Below, piece after piece: positions 46,024 through 51,730 of a DNA stretch of 51,730 nucleotides. Each line of letters opens with the position of its first letter. The stretch's first letter is position 1. Source of the DNA: an uncultured Bacilli bacterium (GTDB lineage: Bacteria; Bacillota_I; Bacilli_A; RF39; UBA660); NCBI GenBank assembly GCA_947585915.1, contig CANPXJ010000001.1, positions 1 to 51,730 on the forward strand, written 5' to 3'. The position numbers and the translations under genes were made by a program. Under the pieces are notes generated by a model, which saw only the letters and a program-made list of their open reading frames with translations, was not told the DNA's origin and did not search any database.

Positions 46024-47748
46024 ATGGCGCAAAAGAAGACAACAAATCAAAATAAAACTAAAAATAATTCTCACAATAAACCCCAAAAAAGTGATTTAAG
46101 AAGTAAACAATATTTTGATGAATCCACTATTCAAATTCCTAAATTAAAAAGTGACATAAAAACTGAATATAAAAAAATTAACGAAAATACCAAAAGAAAA
46201 AATACTAGCAATGTAAAAAAAACAAATAATTCTAAAGCAATTCCTACCTCTTCACAAAAAAAGAGTAATAATTCTAATAAAAATAAAAGTACTAAAAGTG
46301 TAAATAAGAGTGAGCCCTCAAGAAAGAAAACTGAAACTAAAAATTTAGTTAATAATAATTCTAAAAATAATAAAAAAGATCTCTCATCTAAAATAAAATC
46401 CCAAAAAATTGATGAGGAAATAGATAAATTTAATAAGGAAAAAAATCAAATAGATTTAAAACAGGAAAAAAATATTGACGATAAAGGTTCAAATACCAAA
46501 ACTAATATCAAAGATATTTCCAATTATGAATATCAAAAAAACGATAATTATAACTATAAAGAAAAAGCTAAAGAAATTGATGAAGAAATAGATAATTTTA
46601 ATAAAGAAAAAGAACAACAAAACGATTTAAAACAAAAGAAAAATTTTAACGATAAAAAGTTACAATCAAAAGTTATTAGCGAAGATACTACTAATTATAA
46701 AAGCAAAAAAAACGATAATTATATAAATAAGGAAAAAGAAAAGACAATCGATGAAGAAATAGATAATTTTAATAAGGAAAAGAAAAAAAATGATTCAAAG
46801 ACAAAAACTAATATCGAAGATACTACTAAATTTGATACAACATTAATTGATAATCAAAAATTAAATATAAATGATTTAAAAAGAGAACTAGAAATAATAT
46901 ATGGTGAAAAAAAGATAGATGAGCCAAAAACTAAAATTATCAAGAAAAAAAGATTACGTCCTTGGGTATTTTATCTTCTTATAATTATATTTTCTTCTAT
47001 TTTAATCTTTTCTGGTTATCAAATATATAAATGGCATAAAGATAATCAAAACATTAAAGAAATCAAAAAAGATATCGATTCAGATATAAAACCAAAAGAA
47101 AACAATGAACAAGGAGAACTTGTAAATCCTCCTGATGATAAAAATAGTGATTATTGGTATTATATAAATCTACCTTTTTATGAAGTTGATTTTAATGAAT
47201 TAAAGAAAAAAAATAGTGATACTGTAGCTTTCATTCATATGAATAATACTAATATCAATTATCCTGTAGTTCAAACATCTAATAATGATTACTATTTAAC
47301 TCATGCCTTTGATAAAAGCAAAAATAATGCGGGATGGGTATTTATGGATTATCGTAATACCTTGTCTCCTTTAAGTGATAATGTTGTAATTTATGGCCAT
47401 GGTCGTGTTAATAAAACAGTCTTTGGTTCTCTAAAAGATGCTTTATCTAAATCATGGCAAAAAAATAAAGATAATTTTGTTATTTGGCTATCAACACCAA
47501 ATGAAAATTTGCTTTATCAAATATTTTCAATTTACACAGTTCAAAGTGAAAGTTATTATATTTCTACTGACTTTGCTACAAATACCGATAAGCAAAATTG
47601 GCTTAATACTATGAAGCAAAGAAATACTGCTAGTATTGATACTCCAGTTGATGTCAATGATAATATAATTACATTATCAACATGTCAAAATAATAATGGT
47701 GGTAGAATTGTTGTTCAAGCCAAATTAATAAAACGCCAAACAAGATAA
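46024..47748 (+). CDS. srtB: Class B sortase with a long basic N-terminal extension
   Basis: Catalytic domain NINYPVVQTSNNDYYLTHAFDKSKNNAGWVFMDYRN ... VIYGHGR ... TLSTCQNN ... GRIVVQAKL (His/Cys/Arg). Preceded by a TM helix and about 310 aa of Lys/Asn-rich sequence. Confidence 0.85.
   Translation: MAQKKTTNQNKTKNNSHNKPQKSDLRSKQYFDESTIQIPKLKSDIKTEYKKINENTKRKNTSNVKKTNNSKAIPTSSQKKSNNSNKNKSTKSVNKSEPSRKKTETKNLVNNNSKNNKKDLSSKIKSQKIDEEIDKFNKEKNQIDLKQEKNIDDKGSNTKTNIKDISNYEYQKNDNYNYKEKAKEIDEEIDNFNKEKEQQNDLKQKKNFNDKKLQSKVISEDTTNYKSKKNDNYINKEKEKTIDEEIDNFNKEKKKNDSKTKTNIEDTTKFDTTLIDNQKLNINDLKRELEIIYGEKKIDEPKTKIIKKKRLRPWVFYLLIIIFSSILIFSGYQIYKWHKDNQNIKEIKKDIDSDIKPKENNEQGELVNPPDDKNSDYWYYINLPFYEVDFNELKKKNSDTVAFIHMNNTNINYPVVQTSNNDYYLTHAFDKSKNNAGWVFMDYRNTLSPLSDNVVIYGHGRVNKTVFGSLKDALSKSWQKNKDNFVIWLSTPNENLLYQIFSIYTVQSESYYISTDFATNTDKQNWLNTMKQRNTASIDTPVDVNDNIITLSTCQNNNGGRIVVQAKLIKRQTR
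46408..46836 (+). repeat. Tandem coding repeats (168, 171 and a partial 90 nt) in the sortase N-terminal extension
   Basis: Units begin with ATTGATGA(G/A)GAAATAGAT at 46408 and 46576, and ATCGATGAAGAAATAGAT at 46747 (IDEEID(K/N)FNKEK...). Confidence 0.8.
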
Positions 47749-47769
47749 AAAATCCGCAAGGGATTTTTT
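47749..47769. terminator. Bidirectional terminator between srtB and corA
   Basis: AAAATCC-GCAAG-GGATTTT with flanking A and T runs. Confidence 0.6.
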
Positions 47770-47774
47770 CTTTT

Positions 47775-48656
47775 TTACCAAAATTTCTTTTTCTTAAAGA
47801 TAATTAAACAAATGATTACAATTAAAGCAAAAACAATAAAGATCATAGGATAACCAAATTCCCAAGTAAGTTCTGGCATATATTTAAAGTTCATTCCATA
47901 CCATCCTGTAATTAAAGTTAAGGGTAAAAAAATGGTTGTAACAATAGTTAATATTTTCATTACATCATTCTGACGAAGAGAGATTTGCGTTTCATATAAG
48001 CTTTGTAACTCTTGGGTATATTCTCTTAAAAGTAAAGCTTCACTTTGTAAACGAGATATTCTTTCAATAAATCCACTAAAAATATTTTCAACAGCAATAT
48101 CACTATCAATTAAAATATCCATCATGTCTAAAATTTGATTATAATAATGATAAAATCTAATTATTTCTTTTTTTGTTTTTATAATAGCTTTGTTAAAATT
48201 ATCAGCTTTATTTTCCATTATTTTATCTTCTAAAATTGATAATTTAGTTTCTAAGTTTTCTAAATAACTTAAATCCTCTTTAATAATTACTTCTAAAATA
48301 TCATGGAATAACTTAATAATATTATAATCACTTTTACTCTTAGTATTAATTATCTGTTGTAATAATTCATTTATTATATCTTCATTATCAATTAATATTA
48401 AATTATCATTATATAAATAAAAATATATAGAAAAATAATTAGCAAATTTTTCTTTGATAGGAATAAATAATGTTCCATACATATATTTTTTCTTATCCTC
48501 TATTTTACAAAAATGAACTTTTTCATTATATTCACTATTAATAAATGGATATTCTTCCCACTCTTTTTTAGATAATATGCAAATTAAATTATGAGATTTT
48601 TCGGTTAAAGTTTTAGAACTCTTAATAATTTTATCATCTTTTATTTCATAAATCAT
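47775..48656 (-). CDS. corA: CorA-family magnesium/cobalt transporter
   Basis: Two C-terminal TM helices with the GWYGMNF motif. Confidence 0.85.
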   Translation of the reverse strand: MIYEIKDDKIIKSSKTLTEKSHNLICILSKKEWEEYPFINSEYNEKVHFCKIEDKKKYMYGTLFIPIKEKFANYFSIYFYLYNDNLILIDNEDIINELLQQIINTKSKSDYNIIKLFHDILEVIIKEDLSYLENLETKLSILEDKIMENKADNFNKAIIKTKKEIIRFYHYYNQILDMMDILIDSDIAVENIFSGFIERISRLQSEALLLREYTQELQSLYETQISLRQNDVMKILTIVTTIFLPLTLITGWYGMNFKYMPELTWEFGYPMIFIVFALIVIICLIIFKKKKFW

Positions 48657-48686
48657 CTTATCACTACCCTACTTATTAGTATAGCA

Positions 48687-49016
48687 CTACGAGAACAATT
48701 TACCAATAACTTTTAGAAATTTAGATAAACCTTTGGTCATAAATTTTTCGCTACCTTCTGATATTTTTAAACCTAATTTCGAGGCTTTATTGGAATAGTC
48801 TATATGTTCTTTTTCTAAATAATCATCAATAGTTACATCTTTACCTTGAGCAACATCTTTTTCAAATTTTGTAATAGACTCACTAGTTAGTTTAACCTTA
48901 TCACTTAATTTACTTTCATAATAACCAGCACTATTGGCAATATACAAACCCATATATACTACAAAAAGAATGGTAAGCGTAACCCAAAATAACCTTCCTT
49001 TTTTCTTTTTTTTCAT
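48687..49016 (-). CDS. Small membrane protein in the position of Bacillus yqxA
   Basis: 109 aa with an N-terminal TM helix. Overlaps the spoIIP stop by 4 nt. The identification is positional only. Confidence 0.4.
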   Translation of the reverse strand: MKKKKKGRLFWVTLTILFVVYMGLYIANSAGYYESKLSDKVKLTSESITKFEKDVAQGKDVTIDDYLEKEHIDYSNKASKLGLKISEGSEKFMTKGLSKFLKVIGKLFS

Positions 49017-49987
49017 ACATCCCCCTTTATAAGTTCATATAAGCTATCAGCTAATACTGTAATAGTATTAGTTACCTCATCAATTGTATTTTCTGGTCCT
49101 CCTAGTTCAATTAACATAGCGTTAGAACTTAAATCTTGATTATATATTCCGTTATTGCCCTTACCTCCTTTTTTTAATATTCCTTTTGATAAATTATTTT
49201 GTTTAGAATTGATAATATCACTTAATTTTTGGGCAATAGTTAAATTTGCTTCATAATTTTCATGCTCAATTCCTACTACAAATAATAATTTGGCAAATGA
49301 TTTATTATCAACTTTTAAAGTGGTACTATTTTTAGGAATAGAATCACGATGTAAATCAATGATATATTTTAAAGAAGAATTTTTTTCTAATGTGTCTTCT
49401 ACTAACATTCGACTAGCTTTATAAGAATAGTTATATTTCCAACTATTAGTTCTTAAAAGCTCAGAAATATCAGTTTGTTCAACAATCGTTGGGACATTTA
49501 AATCATTTAATTTTTCTTTTAAAATATAAGAAGCCATTAAAACATTAGGAGTAGTATTATACATATTAACATTACTATTACTATATTCCTCTAATTGATG
49601 AGAATTATATAAATAAACAATAGGTTTTTTAACCACATAATTATTTGGATCTTCAAAATATTTAGTAACAATGGTATTTTCATTATAACTATCTTCAAAG
49701 ACTGGCATTTCATCACTAACTAAATTATTCATACTAGTTTTAAGTAAAAGTGCAGATGAGGTAAAATTAATATTAAATAAATCTTTGGTTTTACTAGTTT
49801 CAATTAAATTATTAGAACTAGATTTTAAAAGATAATTAATTATTACTTTATTAGATACTTTATCAGCTATTTTTTTGGTAAATAAAAATTTTAAACAATA
49901 AGAAAAAGATAAGTAAATGATAGCTATAATGATAATAGTTTTTAATAACAAATGCTTTTTCTTTTTTCGTGCTCTAAATTTTTTCAT
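49013..49987 (-). CDS. spoIIP: Stage II sporulation protein P (SpoIIP-type amidase)
   Basis: N-terminal TM helix. Motifs YIIDLHRDS and MLIELGGPENT typical of SpoIIP. Confidence 0.75.
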   Translation of the reverse strand: MKKFRARKKKKHLLLKTIIIIAIIYLSFSYCLKFLFTKKIADKVSNKVIINYLLKSSSNNLIETSKTKDLFNINFTSSALLLKTSMNNLVSDEMPVFEDSYNENTIVTKYFEDPNNYVVKKPIVYLYNSHQLEEYSNSNVNMYNTTPNVLMASYILKEKLNDLNVPTIVEQTDISELLRTNSWKYNYSYKASRMLVEDTLEKNSSLKYIIDLHRDSIPKNSTTLKVDNKSFAKLLFVVGIEHENYEANLTIAQKLSDIINSKQNNLSKGILKKGGKGNNGIYNQDLSSNAMLIELGGPENTIDEVTNTITVLADSLYELIKGDV

Positions 49988-50048
49988 ACGCTAGTCACCC
50001 TTTTTTATATAGTACAATAAAGCCCATAAAAAAATAGTCAAATATTGA

Positions 50049-51551
50049 CTATCTTACGACTAGAGCTTTATTTCCAATTGCTCCATATAAACTTTGAACT
50101 TTGTTAAATGAAGTAGTCCATGTGTGAGTTGCCCTAGCCCATGGATCAATTAAGTATTGTTCTTTTGTCATTGTGTTATATCCTGCCAAAACATAAACAT
50201 GTAAATTTTTAGGAACTCCTTCTGCCCATGCTTGAGGAGCTTTTAAGTCTCCAGTTAAATAAATAATAACAGGATTCCCAGCCAATACTTCATTATCTAG
50301 CGTGGCAAGAGCCGAACCAGACACATCAGCAACATTGGCACCGGAAGTACTTCGACCAAACGCCGCAAGTGGTGCAGGAGCTATCCAATGGGCTACGTCG
50401 CGCGGCTCTAAATCATAAATTGAATAAGTAAATCCTTGATTAGGATCAGTGCTTTTAGGTAACATTTCAGCATATGTTCCAATACTCATGCCCCCTAAAT
50501 AACCCTTATATTTTAAAGCCATAAGTAAGGTAGCAACCTCACAACCATTTAAAACTCCTGATAAATTTTGAGATATATAAGGAACATCTAATTTTACCCA
50601 AGCTGCAGCAATTTGTCTTTCTCTTTCTTTTCTTTTTTCCTCTTCAATTCTTCGTCTTTCGGCTTCTTCTTTTTGCGTTAAGGTTTTATCTACTAAACTT
50701 AAATATTCTTTTTGTTTAAGTTTAACATCTTCTTGTAAAATAGCATCAGCTAAAGCTAAAACCTCTTTATATTCCTCGCGTGTAACTGAATCTTTTACTT
50801 TTGTTCTTTCATCATCGGAAAATAAAGTTTTTACTTTTTCATCTAAAGCTACTATACTTTCATATTGAGGTTTCATCTTTTCTAATTTTTCTTTTAAAAG
50901 ATTTCTAACATTTTCTGATAATTTTTGATATTTATTATTTAACTTCTCTATTTGTTTTAAAGTTGTACTAGATTTTAAAATATCACCATCAAAATAACTT
51001 TCCAAAGTTTCTTTTACTTTCACAAAATCATCTATTTTATCTAATTTTTGGGTTAAGTCTTTCTTTTCTTTATTATAAACAACTTTTTCAATTTTTTTAG
51101 AAACGTTGTTTACATCTTTAGTAGTAATTTCATATTTAGGTATTTCTTTTTCTTTATTTTGATATAAAAGATTTAAAGCAGTTGTAGCGTTTTGTAAGAC
51201 CATTTCATTATGTTCTTTATTTTTTTGATAGTTTAAATATTTAAGTGTAAAAACTCCCGTTAAAACACAAACAAAGACAATACTTGCTATAATAATTGTT
51301 GTTTTATTAAATAATTTTTCTTTTAAAATTTTATTTTTATTATCGATTTTTTCTTTTTTTTCTTTTGGAATTTTATTTTTATTATCGGTTTTTTCTTTTG
51401 CTTTTATTTTTTCTTCAGAATTAGTTTTTAATTCATTTGGCTTAGAGTTTTTTTCTGTTTCATTTTTTATAGTTTTTAATTTTTCTTTTGCCCCATCTTC
51501 TTTTTTTACATTCTTTAATTTTGGCAATTCTAAAGTTTTTTCCTTTTTCAT
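50049..51551 (-). CDS. Membrane-anchored coiled-coil protein with a C-terminal peptidase C39-like (YvpB-like) domain
   Basis: VPYISQNLSGVLNGCEVATLLMALKYKG is a papain-like Cys motif. N-terminal Lys-rich repeats (KTDNKNKIPKEKKEKIDNKNKILKEK), a TM helix, then a long coiled coil. The start is uncertain (ATG 51551 or TTG 51563). Confidence 0.6.
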   Translation of the reverse strand: MKKEKTLELPKLKNVKKEDGAKEKLKTIKNETEKNSKPNELKTNSEEKIKAKEKTDNKNKIPKEKKEKIDNKNKILKEKLFNKTTIIIASIVFVCVLTGVFTLKYLNYQKNKEHNEMVLQNATTALNLLYQNKEKEIPKYEITTKDVNNVSKKIEKVVYNKEKKDLTQKLDKIDDFVKVKETLESYFDGDILKSSTTLKQIEKLNNKYQKLSENVRNLLKEKLEKMKPQYESIVALDEKVKTLFSDDERTKVKDSVTREEYKEVLALADAILQEDVKLKQKEYLSLVDKTLTQKEEAERRRIEEEKRKERERQIAAAWVKLDVPYISQNLSGVLNGCEVATLLMALKYKGYLGGMSIGTYAEMLPKSTDPNQGFTYSIYDLEPRDVAHWIAPAPLAAFGRSTSGANVADVSGSALATLDNEVLAGNPVIIYLTGDLKAPQAWAEGVPKNLHVYVLAGYNTMTKEQYLIDPWARATHTWTTSFNKVQSLYGAIGNKALVVR

Positions 51552-51730
51552 CAAACAACACAACCCTTAATTAAAAAAAGTTTTAAACTGTTTAAAATTA
51601 TAACATAAGTTGTAAATAAATTAAAGTCCTTTTTGCTTATATTATATGCCAAATTGTGCAATTATAATAGAAATATGACAGTTATTCCAATTTGCCATCA
51701 AAATTTCAGGAACCGATAATGTGATAAAAA

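Overview
This is an AT-rich, standard-code (table 11) Firmicutes window, Bacilli/Erysipelotrichia-like. TGG is used for Trp throughout and TGA is used as a stop. All calls were made by eye from the sequence and the ORF track; no database search was run.

Backbone: most genes lie on the minus strand. The backbone is housekeeping with Bacillus-type micro-synteny:
- ylbE/ylbD-like, rpmF-yceD(ylbN), divergent tmcAL(ylbM)
- mutM, polA, topA
- csoR-copA, trxB, tRNA-Arg(CCT), a T-box-controlled leuS
- rbgA..rnhB, lepA, spoIIP plus a small membrane ORF

Accessory or unusual material interspersed in the backbone:
1. A decayed IS1202/ISNCY-type insertion sequence with intact inverted repeats and a 17-bp target duplication (111-1615).
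2. Two G9 homopolymer tracts, the only long G/C runs I found. Each sits inside the -35/-10 spacer of a strong promoter driving a surface-structure gene: a type IV pilin-like gene at 1663-2166, and a beta-helix wall protein at 44686-45825. This looks like slipped-strand phase variation.
3. The beta-helix protein ends in an NPNTA-type sorting signal. It is divergently paired with a class B sortase that carries a ~310-aa basic repeat extension.
4. The LeuRS contains a complete Nudix domain (perfect Nudix box) inserted in a CP1 surface loop.
5. A 29-aa hydrophobic peptide gene absent from the ORF track, with a convergent small-RNA unit. This resembles a type I toxin-antitoxin locus (24892-25219).
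6. A conserved 5' leader (AUGGGGAUUGGUUAG plus a terminator hairpin) shared by two secreted-protein genes.
7. A tandem pair of transglutaminase/papain-like Cys-His-Asp paralogs next to a secreted protein.
8. A three-gene module of two Tim44-like/zinc-ribbon proteins and one SPFH/zinc-ribbon protein.
9. A decaying accessory islet: KilA-N, a YdeN-like pseudogene, a UDG-like gene, a rhuM pseudogene and a GNAT gene.

No CRISPR array, rRNA gene or intact prophage was seen.
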